64,000 nt of DNA from Nitrospirota bacterium (GTDB taxonomy: Bacteria > Nitrospirota > UBA9217): the NCBI GenBank assembly GCA_963818475.1, contig CAWFSF010000002.1, positions 352,001 to 416,000 of the forward strand. The letters run 5' to 3'. The number at the start of each line of letters is the position of its first letter. The first letter of the stretch is position 1. Made by a program: the position numbers and the translations under genes. Shown piece by piece: positions 35,725 to 46,948 of the stretch. Below the pieces are notes generated by a model. That model searched no databases, had not been told where the DNA came from, and worked only from the letters and a program-made list of their open reading frames with translations.

Positions 35725-38506
35725 TCAGGCGATCAGGTGCATGAGCCTTCGTACGCCGTCGTAGTCGCTGTCCTCGGCAGGAAACGAAGCCTGTGTAATC
35801 CCGGTCGATCATGGACAGCACCTGCGCGTGGCCGGCATTGCTGCGGTCGAGTGCAATGAGCGCTTGTTTAATGGATTCAAGCGTGCCGGCGTCAAGGTTC
35901 TTCGACGCGCAGATGTTGAACTCGGGGACCTCGACAGAGGTCTTCAGCACCTTCAGTCCCTGTTCGAGAAATTTCCCTGCCGTGGACTCCATGAGCCCGC
36001 CGGCGTCATACTCGCCGGCAAGGACCGCCCGGGCAACATCATCGTGATGTCCCAGGAACGCATGGTCCTTCAGATCTTCCAGGAGGACACCTGCTTCGGC
36101 CAGCATGGAGCGGGGGATCAGATAGCTCGACGTGGACATCCGGTCACCGAAGGCGAACCGCTTCCCCCGAAGGTCCTCAAGCCGCTCGATCCCGTCCGCG
36201 GACCTTGCAACGATCGCCGCATGCGTATAGGGCAGCCCCTTGCGGAGCGCTTTTACCAGCAGCACGGCGCCGTATTTTTGGTGCGCTTCGATATAGGTTG
36301 TCGGCGTCAGAAAGGCCAGGTCCGTCACACCGTCCTCGAGGTCCCTGATCGTCTGCATGAAATCGAGGCCCACGACCAGGTCGACCTTTCGGCCAAGCGA
36401 CTGCGTCAGATATTCCGTAAGCGGCTGGAACCGCCGGTGCATCGCTGCGGGCACTTCCAGCGGGATGACCCCGAACTTCAGCCCGGTATGGAGCGCCGTG
36501 CGGGGGCCGCGGGCGCTGACGGTCATGGTAACAAGCTCCTGGTTCAATAGCGCTGCCTGTTCGTTCAGTATCTTCAATGCGCCGGCCATGCCTTCCATCC
36601 GCTTCATGGTCTGGCGCGGCAGATCCTGGATCTGCTCCATGGCATGCAGGATCTGGCTGGCGCCCTGCCGTTGTTCGCTGGTCCCGGCGGCGATCTTGCC
36701 GGCGCGCGCGGTCACGTTCTCCGCCGCCTCGGCGATCTGTCTGCCGCCGCGGCCCTGCTCCGTCAGGGTGAGGTTCACGCGGCGGGCGATGTCCCGCATG
36801 CCCTCCGAGGCCTTGAGGATGATCTCCGAACCGCTGCTCTGCGCCTGGGTGGCCGATGCGATCTGGCCCATCATCTGCTTGACGTGCGCCACCGCCTCGC
36901 TCACCTGCTTGATCCCGCGGGTCTGCTCCGTCATGGCGCGCTCGATCATGGTGGCCATCTCCGCGGACCGGCTGGCGCTTCCCACGATCTTCTCCAGCGC
37001 CGCACCGGCGTCCTGTGACCGCTGTACGCCGCGGTCAACGGCCGTCAGACTTTCGGTCATGGCGGTCACGGCCTCCTTGGCCTCCTTCTGAACCGCCGTA
37101 ATGAGCTTTGCAATGTCCTGGGCGGAACCGGCCGTCCGGTCCGCAAGGGCCTTGATCTCTCCCGCCACGACGGCAAAACCCTTGCCGTGCTCGCCCGCCT
37201 GCGCCGCCAGGATCGAAGCGTTCAGCGCCAGCAGGTTCGTCCGCTCCGTTACTTCAACGATGACGCCAAGGATCTTGCCGATCTCGCCGGAGCGCTTGTC
37301 GAGACGGGTGATAAGGCCGGAATAGCGTTCCACGGCCTCCTTGATGGTGTCCATGGCGCGCATGGTCTCCTGAATGGACCGGCTGCCGCTGTCCCGCGCC
37401 TCGAACGAGACCTGCTCCGACAGGCGCGCAGACTCCTGTGCCAGCCGCTCCACCTCGCGGATGGTCGCCTCGATCTGGATCGCCGATGACGACGTCTCCT
37501 CTGCGGCCGACGAGAGGGTCTCGGCATGGCCGGCGACCTCGCGGATGGACCCGATCATCTCGAGCACCGAGGTGGTGACGTTCTCCACCGACGAGGTCAG
37601 TTCTCCCGTGTGGCGCGCCACCTCCTGGTTCGACGCGTTCATCTCGAGGATGGCCGACGATGTTTCTTCGGCGGAGGTCGACAGGCTTCCGGCGCTCTCC
37701 GCGATCGACTGGATGGACGAGGACATCTCTCCCACGGACGTGGAGACGCTCATGATGGCATCCGCCTCGGCCTCCGAGTTCTTCCGGATGGCGCGCGAGT
37801 CTTCCGCGATCGTCGGACCCAGGTCGTTGATGCGCACCGCAATGGCGCTCATCTCGACGATGAACTGCTCGAGCCGCTCGACCAGGTAGTTCACGCCGTC
37901 GGCGAGCATGCCGATCTCGTCGTTTCTTCCGGCCTCGACGCGCTGGGTGAAATCCTTCCGGTCGATCATGCCCGTCAGCGCGTCACCCAGCGCCCTGACG
38001 CGGTCGGTCACCGTGCGGGAAAGGGAAAAGTAGAGGATGGCCGCCAGAATGAGAAAAATGAAGGCGTGTTCGAAGAGCGCGCTTATGGCATAGGCCCGGA
38101 GCCTGCTGTCGAGGTCCGCAGGATAGACGGAAAGACGGACCTCGCCCAGCCGGGTCTGTTCGGCCATGATCGGCAGCGGCCCTACCGTCAGGCGCTTCGC
38201 TGCCAGGTCCGCCCGGCCGTCACGGATGATCTCCCTGCCCGATCCGTCGGTGATCATTACCTCCTGCGCATCGGGCAGGTGCATGAAGTTCTTCGCCATG
38301 GCGTTGAGACCGCCGAAGTCCGACACCAGCAGGTACGGCGTTGCCAGTTCGGCCATGAGGCTGCAGGACTGCTCGCCCCGAATGCGGGCTTCGCTCATCA
38401 GGGCGCGTTTTTCCATGACGTAGCGGTACGCCCCGATCAGCGCCATGGTCACGAACAACCCTGCGAAGATCATGAAGATCAGTTTCTGTCGTATGCCTAT
38501 GCGCAT
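35725..38506 (-). CDS. methyl-accepting chemotaxis protein with C-terminal PhnD-like binding domain
   Basis: [27 protein letters not shown], followed in frame by [52 protein letters not shown]. Likely true end ..[15 protein letters not shown] after a frameshift. Confidence 0.92.
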
Positions 38507-38575
38507 GATTCCCCCAACCTGCTGAACGCTGCCGTAGGCGAGGAAACGCCTGCGACGAGATCTCCGGTCGAACCC

Positions 38576-38604
38576 GTAGGGGCGGGTTTAAAACCCGCCC
38601 CTAC
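38576..38604. repeat. GTAG-family REP-like palindrome
   Basis: GTAGGGGCGGGTTT-A-AAACCCGCCCCTAC with perfect 14-bp arms; second GTAG hairpin at 38533-38554. Confidence 0.8.
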
Positions 38605-38665
38605 CCTTGAAGAACATCCGGTGTGTACCTGAAATCAAAAAGTCGGATGACTGCCGAAAGGATTC

Positions 38666-40760
38666 CTAGAACTTGAACCGTGCAAGCTCCGCCTGGAGCG
38701 CATCGGCGCGGGACTTGAGCGTCTGGACCGCCATGTCCATTTCGATCGATACGTCAACATTGTCCTGCGTGATCTTCTGGATGCTGTCCACGGCCTGGCT
38801 GATCTGCTGCGCTCCGAGGCTCTGCTCCGACGTGGAGCGCGCGACCTGCGCCGCCTGCATGGTCACCGATTCGACCGCGTTCGCGATCTGCCGGCTGCCC
38901 GTCGTCTGCTCCTGCGACGCCGTCGTCACCAGCCGGGTGATGTCGCGCATCTGCTCCGCAGCCTGGGCGATCCGCTCGCTGCCGCGCCGCTGCTCCTGCA
39001 TGGCTGCGGCGATCTGCTCGATCTGGTTGGCAATATCGATGGAGGCGTCCGTGATCTGCGCCAGGCCGCGCGCCTGTTCCGCCGTGGTCTTCTCGATGGC
39101 CCGCGCCATGCCCGAGGACTGCCGCGAACTGTCGGCGACCTGCTCGAGCACGTCGCTCGTCACGTTCACCAGGGCCGCGCCGGCCTCGACGGCCTTCAGT
39201 CCGCGCGCCATGGCCTGCACGCTCTGCGCGGTCTCCTCCTGCACGGAGGCGATGAGGCTCACGATCTCCTGCGTGGACGCCGCCGTGCGCTCCGCCAGCT
39301 CCTTGATCTCCTCGGCAACAACGGCAAAGCCCTTGCCGTGCTCGCCGGCCTGTGCCGCAAGAATGGCGGCGTTCAGCGCCAGCAGGCCCGTCTGGTCCGT
39401 CACTTCGTCGATCACCTTCAGGATCTGGCCGATCTCCTGGGAACGCTTGCCCAGGCGGTTGACCACCTCGGCCGTTGCCTCGACCGCTTCCTTGATGTGG
39501 TCCATGCCCTTGATCGCCTCTGCCGCCGCGGCCATGCCGCGCTCCGAGGCCTCGGCCGCGACCTTTTCCGCCAGCCGCGCCGACTCGACGGCGCGCTGCT
39601 CCACCTCTTTCACCGACACGCTCATCTCGGTGATGGACGACGAGGTCTGCTCGGCCGAGGCCGAGAGCGCCTCGGTGTTTTCCGACACCTGCCTGATGGA
39701 GGCCAGCATCTGATCGATGGAGGAGGCCGTGTCTTCGACAGCCGGGGAAAGGGTCCCGGCGTTCCGGGCGACCTCCTCGATCGACGAGGCCATCTCGGTG
39801 GCCGACGAGGAGGCGTTCGCCGCCGACTGGGACATGTCTCCGGCGTTCTCCGCCACGCCGCGGATCGAAGCGACCATCTCGTTCACGGTCATGGCCGTCT
39901 GCTCCGTCGCCTCCTGCTGGCCCCGCGCGCCCAGGGTCATTTTCTGGGCCGCGCCGGTCAGCATCTTGAGCGCATCGCCCAGGCTGGTGCCGGTCTGCAT
40001 GATCCTGCCGAGGATCTCCCGGAGGTTCAGAGACATGGTATTGATGGCCGCGCCGAGCGTGGCGATCTCCGTTTTGCCTTCGATGACGATCTCCTGCGAC
40101 AGGTCGCCGGCGGCCATCCTGCCCGCGGACCTCGACAGCTCGATGATCGGATCGGTGATCACCTTGCCGACCAGGAAAGTAGACGAGGACCGTGGCGGCA
40201 AGAAAACTGATCAGCCCCACCGTGAGCGAGGTCAGGAGCAGGCCCCGGACCTGGCGGTTCACGGCTTCGGCCTTGAGCGCGATGCGGAACACGCCGACCT
40301 TCTTGCCGTCGGCTGCCATAAGAGGAATGACCTTTTCATAATGGCTGCCGCCCTCATCGGTGTACGACTGGGTCATCTCCCCGCTCGCACCAAGTGCCCG
40401 TTTGCTCGCCTTGTCATCCTTTATGGTATTTTCGGCTCCGGCCATGCTGGCATAGAGCACTTTGCCGCTCATGTCCATGATCATGGCCTGGGACAGGTCT
40501 TTATCTTCCTGGACCAGCATGCCCAGCTTCTCGCCCATCCCTTCGAGCGCGTTGAGCGGAATGCCGAACCCCAGGGCCTTGTTGATGTCCTTCCGGGTCC
40601 CCTCAGCCATTGCCGTGACCTTCTCGATCAACGCGTCCTTATACCGGCTCGTCGCCGTGTAGACGTTGATGAGCGTCGTCAGTGCCAGGATCAGCAGAAT
40701 GATGCCCGCGGTCGCAACGACCGCCCGCGTCTTGAGGTTCATGCCGGCGAAGATGTTCAT
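38666..40760 (-). CDS. methyl-accepting chemotaxis protein (Cache-like periplasmic domain; one frameshift)
   Basis: TM1, [12 protein letters not shown] sensor domain, TM2, [35 protein letters not shown]. Confidence 0.94.
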
Positions 40761-41683
40761 TTTATCACCTTGGTAGCGTCCGAGATCAGGTCGATGGGCA
40801 CCTTGATCCCGAGGGCGCCGGCCTCCTTCAGGTTGACGACCAGCTCGACCATCCGCGGGACCTCCACGGGAATGCTTGCCGGCTTTTCCCCTTTGAGCAG
40901 CCGTGCCACCATTCTGCCGGCGGCCGCGCCCTGCTCGGACGCGCTCGGAGCCAGGCTCAGGATCACCCCGTGCTCTGCCGTGCCCCCGATCTGGCTGATC
41001 GTCGGGATCTTCGCCTCCCGCGCCTGCTGCACGATCGCATCAATGGCCTCGTTCGCCGCAGCGCTCACGGATATGAGCACGGCGTCCGCCTTGCCGGCGA
41101 AGACAAGTTTTTTGGCCTCATCAGGCCGCTTGATGGCCATCTTGACCGTCTGGAACCCGTACTGGGACTCAAGTTCACCCAGCTCCTCGGCCTGCTTGAC
41201 CGAATCGGGCTCAAATTCGTTGTAGACCACCGCGATCCTGGTAAAGGGTGTCATCTTTTTCAGGTACTTCAGCAGGCTGGTCATCGGCACCTTGGCGCTG
41301 ATGCCCGTCATGTTCCGTGCCGACACGCCGGCAGCCCCGGGATCGTACACGCCGGCGTACACCATCGGAATGCTCTTGGTCTCCCGGATCATGGCCAGCG
41401 CCGCAGGCGCGCCGTAGGACACGAGCACGTTCACTTCCGCCACCACGAGCTTCCGGGCCGCGTTCGCCCAGGAAAGGGAGTCGGGCGACGGCATCTGGAG
41501 CAGCGTGTCGACCGTGCGAAAATCGAAGCCCTCTTTCCCGAGCGATGCGGCAAAGGCCTTATGCACCTCCTGATAATAGCCCAGGTTGCCGGACATGATC
41601 ACTCCCACGGTCTTGTCCGCGGCGCCGGCAGGCAGAGCGCTCAGAAGAAGCACGACTGCTAGGATCCATCGTATTGCTCTCAT
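40757..41683 (-). CDS. ABC-type substrate-binding protein without transporter genes
   Basis: Signal peptide (..LPAGA), IPMVYAGVYDP, NMTG, GEKPASIPVE..LVVNLKEA..LGIKVP; stop overlaps the MCP start. Confidence 0.9.
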   Translation of the reverse strand: MRAIRWILAVVLLLSALPAGAADKTVGVIMSGNLGYYQEVHKAFAASLGKEGFDFRTVDTLLQMPSPDSLSWANAARKLVVAEVNVLVSYGAPAALAMIRETKSIPMVYAGVYDPGAAGVSARNMTGISAKVPMTSLLKYLKKMTPFTRIAVVYNEFEPDSVKQAEELGELESQYGFQTVKMAIKRPDEAKKLVFAGKADAVLISVSAAANEAIDAIVQQAREAKIPTISQIGGTAEHGVILSLAPSASEQGAAAGRMVARLLKGEKPASIPVEVPRMVELVVNLKEAGALGIKVPIDLISDATKVIK

Positions 41684-41694
41684 TCTTCCTCCCC

Positions 41695-43628
41695 CTACCA
41701 TTTCAGGGACAGGGTTGCCATCACCGTTTTCACCCGCCCGTCCTGCGTATTGTCTATCTGGTCGTCGTAACTCCGGTACTGGTACCGGACGTCGCTGCTG
41801 AGGTTCCGGGTGAACTGCATCTCGATGCCGCCCGTGTACACGCTGTCGATGACCTTGAGGTCCGAAAGCTCCGCAATGCCGGCAGTGTTGGCGCCGGCGA
41901 GCCGGAAGTTCCCGCGCGAGTAGCTCTTGCTTCCCGATGCAGTGAGGTTCACGCCGTTCACGGGAGCAATGGTCGCGCTCAGCGTTCCGACGTTGGCAAT
42001 ATCATCATAGGGAACGCCGCCGTCGAGCGCAAAAGCGCCGGATCGCGTCCTGCTCGGTCACGGTCTGATCGACCTTGTTCTGGTAATGAGAGAAGCTGGC
42101 CGTGAGCGACGACCGTTTTCCGACCAGGAACGTCATGCTGGCCAGCGCCTGGTCATGCTCGGCGTCGCGGCTCCCGCCCCCAGGGGCGATCCGACTGGTC
42201 CCGCTTCTCATTCACGACGCTGTAGCTGAGCATCGTATTGAACCAGGTCAACGGCATCCAGGTGAGCGATGCACGCGACGTAGCGGACTTGTCCGGATCC
42301 GTGGCGTAGGCCGGATTGTCGACCGAGACCGCGGTGTAGTCGGCCCGGAAGATCATTTTTTTCATGATGCGATAGGTGACGCCGAGCTTGGCCGTGCTCT
42401 TGGTCGTGCTCTCCGGCACCAGCCAGTATGCCGGTGCGCCGGCCGGGGAGGCAGCAGGGTGGAGCCCAGGAGGCCCCGCGTGCGGTCGGTCGTGTCCGTG
42501 CCGTATTCGCCCTTCAAGCGTCAGGCGGTCCGTTGCCCGGTACCGGAGCGACCCGCTCACCACATCGCGTGTGGACGAAATGGAATCGCGGACCTGAACA
42601 GCGCGGCGCCCGCTGCGGTGATGTTGTTTCCGTGGCCGGGTTGGTCACGTCATGGTCATAGTGACGGTACTTGAGCGCGAACAGCACGCTCGTGACGGGC
42701 ATGAAGATGAGATCGCCTGCGGTGTTCGTGAACTTCTCCTTGACGCGCTGTCCTCGTTCTTCTTGTCGCCGTTCGTGTAGGTCCCGGAGAGGACCACCTG
42801 CCCGAATAGGTCGTATGGACCTTCAGCGTGTCCCAGGAGGACTCCAGGTCCGGAACGAGATTGTGCGGGACCGTGAACGTGGTCAGTCCCGAAGTATAAG
42901 TGTCGTTCAGCACCTTTTCCCCGATCGCCTCGAACTTCTTTTCCGTGTGGCTGTAATCGACCTCGATCGGGCCCAGGTGGCTGTTGACGCCGACCCGGAA
43001 CTCCTCGGTGTTCCAGTCGATGTCGCGCGACTTCGAGACCTTGGTCAAGGCCGCCGCTCAGTTCGCGCAGGAACCGCTGCTGGATGCTGCCTTCCCGGTC
43101 GATGGTCCGCACTTCGGCGTAGAGATGGAAGGGGAAATCCGGGGTCTTGAACCGGAGGAACGCCCTGCCAACTGGTTGCTCGATGCCCGTAGAGGTCGAT
43201 CGGGGTTCAGGTCGGTAAAGCTCGGCGACGGCGTGGCCGGATCGTCGAACGCCGAACTGGAAATGGTTCAGATTGTGGAACAGGCTCGCGCGTGTACCCG
43301 TTGAACACCACCACGTCCTTGTAGGCGTAATCAACCTCGCCGAAATAATCCTTGGTGTTCAGAAAGGTCGGATTCGAGCACGAAGCGGTGCGGGAGCGGG
43401 TCCCACTCCAGGTCCAGCGATCCCAATGGGGCCGGACTTGAGATACTCGTACTCTCCTGCTATCGGTGTTGCCGTGTCTCGTTATGCTGCGGTAGCCCAG
43501 GCCGAATCTTGCCCTCAAAGGGCTCGCCGAGCGCGGTCGCTTCTGGCCTGTTCCTCGCTGCCTGCTGCGCAACAGCCGGGGAGGCCCAGAACATCAGGAC
43601 GCTCAATGATCAGGATCAACTTTTTCAT
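41695..43628 (-). CDS. MtrB/PioB-like outer-membrane beta-barrel (heavily frameshifted)
   Basis: Signal peptide, alternating amphipathic strands and C-terminal ..RYQYRSYDD..MATLSLKW beta-signal; follows a decaheme cytochrome. Confidence 0.78.
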
Positions 43629-44653
43629 GTACGAGCCTCCTCTATCGTATGAAGTCTGCCTTTGCCGCTCGGCGAAGGCAGGTCGGAACCATGGATCTGG
43701 GAATGACAGTCGGAGCACCGCGTGTAGAATGCCTGCTTCTGCTCGGTCGTCGTGCTGCCGTCGATCGGGTGCGTCGGATGGCACTGGAGGCAGAGGAACG
43801 GCTCGCGCGCGTTCAGCAGGTTGTTGTTCACCGATCCGTGCGGGGTGTGGCAGGCGCGGCAGTCATCGGTCAGGTCGGCATGCTCATACACAAAGGGCCC
43901 TTCCTTCTCCGCGTGGCACTGCGTGCAGGTCGCCTTCACCGTATCGCGCCGCAGGCTCTTTTCCGCTGCGCTGCCGTGCGGGATCGTGGCAGTCGGTGCA
44001 GAAGACCTTCTTTTCCGGCACCGGGTGATGGTTCGGCAGGATGAAGGCCGCCTTCACTTCCTGGTGGCAGCGTTCGCACATCTCGGCCGTGTCCCGGATG
44101 CTTCACCTTCAGGTTGTGGCCGCCGTGGATCTTGTGGCAGTCGGAGCAGGAAACGTCGGCGATGTTGTGCGATGCCCGCGTTCCAGTTGTGCAGGTTGAA
44201 GGTTGCGTTGGCCGTGTGGCACTTGAGGCAGATGAGCGACTGGGCCTGCGCCGGAAGGTTCTTGATGTCGATGAAGGTCTTGTAGTTGCAGGCCGTCATC
44301 TTGCCCGCCTTGGCGTCGGCCTGCACTCTCTCCGGCGTGATCCCGTCGACGGCAAGGCTGCCCGGCCCGTGGCAGCTTTCGCAGTTCACGATCGGCATGC
44401 CCGATTCGCGCGAGAGCTGGGCGCCCATGGTCGAGAGGTCGAAATCCTTGCGCCGCTGGTCGTGCACATGACAGGCCGCGAGACAGGTGTCCGTGCCGAT
44501 ATAGTCGGCGTCGAGCCGGCCGACGATCAGCTTCTCGTACTCCTTGATCGGCAGGATCGGCCTCGCTTCCTTGAGCGCTGCGCATCCGGCGGCGAAGAAG
44601 ACGCCGATGATCCCGGCTGCCAGCCATTTCCTCCATTTCAGAAATTGTTCCAT
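43625..44653 (-). CDS. MtrA/DmsE-family decaheme c-type cytochrome with lipobox (frameshifted)
   Basis: FAAGC lipobox. Heme motifs CLAACH (Cx3CH), CESCH, CLKCH, CSDCH, CERCH, CTDCH, CTQCH, CRACH, CLQCH, CSDCH. EKEGPFVYEH, HTPHGS and IHGSD are DmsE-type signatures. Confidence 0.9.
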
Positions 44654-46869
44654 AAAAGAAAACCTCCTTTGTCCTGAGTGTGGGTTAGGGCCGTTCTGCT
44701 TCGATGCCGAGCGACACCGTTCGGCAGTAGATACGTTGTTGCCTCGGCACAATAAACAGGCGGCGTACCGCCGGCGCAGAGCGTGTCCAGCGTTGCGCCC
44801 ACCGAATAGTTCATGACATTGTCATCGAGCCAGTCGATGGAGTCATAAATGAGCCGCTTTGTGTACATCCGGTTGTGCACATAAGCCCCGGGATCATGCT
44901 CCAGCAGGTTGAAGTTGAAAGCCGCGCCCATGTTGTTCTGACCGGTGTCGGGAGTGCCTAGAACTGCAACAGCGACATTGGCCGTACAACTGTAAGCCCC
45001 TGCGACCCCTGACAGCGTAAAGGTTGAGCTGCCGCCGGTCTGCCAGTTCCTGACAGGTAGGTTTAATGTCGTCGTACAGTCCGAGGTTATCGCTTGGTTA
45101 TACGTAGTATCGAAACCCGGTGCAATGAAGAAGTAAGGGCTGTAGGGAGCAAAGAAGATCCCGCGAATTGCAAGTTGGTCCTTTAACGCTTCGATGGACT
45201 CGGTAAACTGAGCCTTCTGTTCTCTCACGAGGTCGAGGATAAGCGTCGTGGATGGGCCGTGGCAATTGAAGCAAACCTCGCTTGCGATGCCGGTGATCTG
45301 TCCGATCGAGGTTGTGCTCCGGGAGACCGGCAGGAACAGATGGTTCCCGTTCTTGTTCGGACGGGACATGTGGCAGCCGATGCAGGGACCGTTGGAGCCC
45401 GTATTCACAAAAGGCGGAAGCTTCTGCGTGGCTGCGGTGCCGATCTTATCATGGAGATATTCCGGAATGTTGTTGTAGGGCCGTCCGGGAAATTCGTAGC
45501 CCGTGACCGTGAAGACCTGTCCGCCGGCGGTCAGATAGTGGGAATTGATGAACCCGCTGTTTGCAAAGTTAAACGTGGTGATGGTTCCCACGGACAGCAG
45601 CGCCGGATCGTTCAAGCCTCTTACCGTGTCGCCACTTTCCCTGCCCGTGTGGCAGGCCATGCAGACGTTCGATCCTGCAAGGTCCGGGTAGGCGTGCGAG
45701 GCCTTGGCATAGATCTTGGGGGACGTGCCGTAATCATACTTCGCCGTGATCGCCCCGGGGTTCCTAAGAGCCCCCTTGTTGTCCGTGTGGCAACCGTTGC
45801 ATTTGAGCATCTCGGGTTTCCAGTTGAAAGAAGTAGTAGCACTGGAAAACTGCGAATTGAGGCCGCTGTTGATGTCGCTTGCGAGCTTGGCGTCCCCGGA
45901 CCTAAGCGCATCCGCGTAAGCAGTGTAGCCGGTGGTCGTGTGACAGCGCTGGCAAGCGTTGTATGAGCTTGCGCCCCAGGCATAGTGAGCCCAGGCGCCG
46001 CTGAAATAGCCGGTTCCGGTCGAGTTTAAGTTAAAAGGATTCTTGTCGGCATGCGCCGATTGCGCCCATTCTCTGTTCTGCGTGGGCGGTTTGTGAGGAT
46101 TGTGGCAGTTCACACAGACCTTCTTGTCGCTGTAGTCCGTTCTGTAAATACCCTGCGCATCCCGATAACTCATGGAATAGCCGGTAATGGCCTTGGTGCC
46201 GGAGTTTCCGATGCCAGTCCAGTCACCTGGAGTTGCAAAGTGCGTGTCCGTAATGCTGAACTGGTTGCCGCTTGCACTCAGCTCATCTGTTCCGCCGGGG
46301 TCATGCGCTGCTGGCGCGGTTCCTGTGCCCGTCGTGTCCAGCAACCCATGGCAGGAGGTGCACATGACGAACTGGGCTGAGGCCTGGACCGTGCCGGTGC
46401 CCCAGGTAACGGGAGGCGTGTCGGGAATAACAGAGATGGGCCCCATCCCGCCCGCACCCGCGTGCAGGCTTCCCCCGCCATGGCAGGTTTCGCAGCCGAT
46501 AACCGGTCGCAGGATGCCGGCAGCACCGAGATAGCCCGGGGTGAGCTTGCCGCTGTCCCCGTTCGGGTCATGGCAGGCCACACATTCGACTCCTCCTGCC
46601 TGTACCTGAGCAAACGTCGGACTCCCCACGCTGTACAGGTCACCCGGCGTACTCAGGTTCGCATGCTTGCTCGTCAGCCAGTCGGCGACCATCGCCGTAT
46701 GGCACGTGGCGCACGTGGCCAGTCCGACAGTCGGCGTTGATGCCGTTAGCACGTTTTCTGTTGCCGTGGGGGTATTCTCCTCTGTTGAGGAGCCGCACCC
46801 GGCGAGCAGGGCGGCCGCAGACATCACGGCCAGAAGCAGAAATACCATTCTTCGTTTATGCATATGCAA
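44638..46869 (-). CDS. OmcB/OmcC-like multiheme lipoprotein cytochrome c (10 CxxCH)
   Basis: LLAGC lipobox, ten CxxCH motifs, NSHYLTAGG and C-terminal GAAFNFNLLEHDPGAYVHNRMYTKRLIYDSIDW resembling Geobacter OmcB; 3' end approximate. Confidence 0.88.
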   Translation of the reverse strand: MHMHKRRMVFLLLAVMSAAALLAGCGSSTEENTPTATENVLTASTPTVGLATCATCHTAMVADWLTSKHANLSTPGDLYSVGSPTFAQVQAGGVECVACHDPNGDSGKLTPGYLGAAGILRPVIGCETCHGGGSLHAGAGGMGPISVIPDTPPVTWGTGTVQASAQFVMCTSCHGLLDTTGTGTAPAAHDPGGTDELSASGNQFSITDTHFATPGDWTGIGNSGTKAITGYSMSYRDAQGIYRTDYSDKKVCVNCHNPHKPPTQNREWAQSAHADKNPFNLNSTGTGYFSGAWAHYAWGASSYNACQRCHTTTGYTAYADALRSGDAKLASDINSGLNSQFSSATTSFNWKPEMLKCNGCHTDNKGALRNPGAITAKYDYGTSPKIYAKASHAYPDLAGSNVCMACHTGRESGDTVRGLNDPALLSVGTITTFNFANSGFINSHYLTAGGQVFTVTGYEFPGRPYNNIPEYLHDKIGTAATQKLPPFVNTGSNGPCIGCHMSRPNKNGNHLFLPVSRSTTSIGQITGIASEVCFNCHGPSTTLILDLVREQKAQFTESIEALKDQLAIRGIFFAPYSPYFFIAPGFDTTYNQAITSDCTTTLNLPVRNWQTGGSSTFTLSGVAGAYSCTANVAVAVLGTPDTGQNNMGAAFNFNLLEHDPGAYVHNRMYTKRLIYDSIDWLDDNVMNYSVGATLDTLCAGGTPPVYCAEATTYLLPNGVARHRSRTALTHTQDKGGFLLWNNF

Positions 46870-46948
46870 TACCCTCCTTCACAAATTGGCAATGTATTTT
46901 TTATCGGGCAGGAAAACGGCACGTACACCGCCCTCCCTGCGTCCGCTC

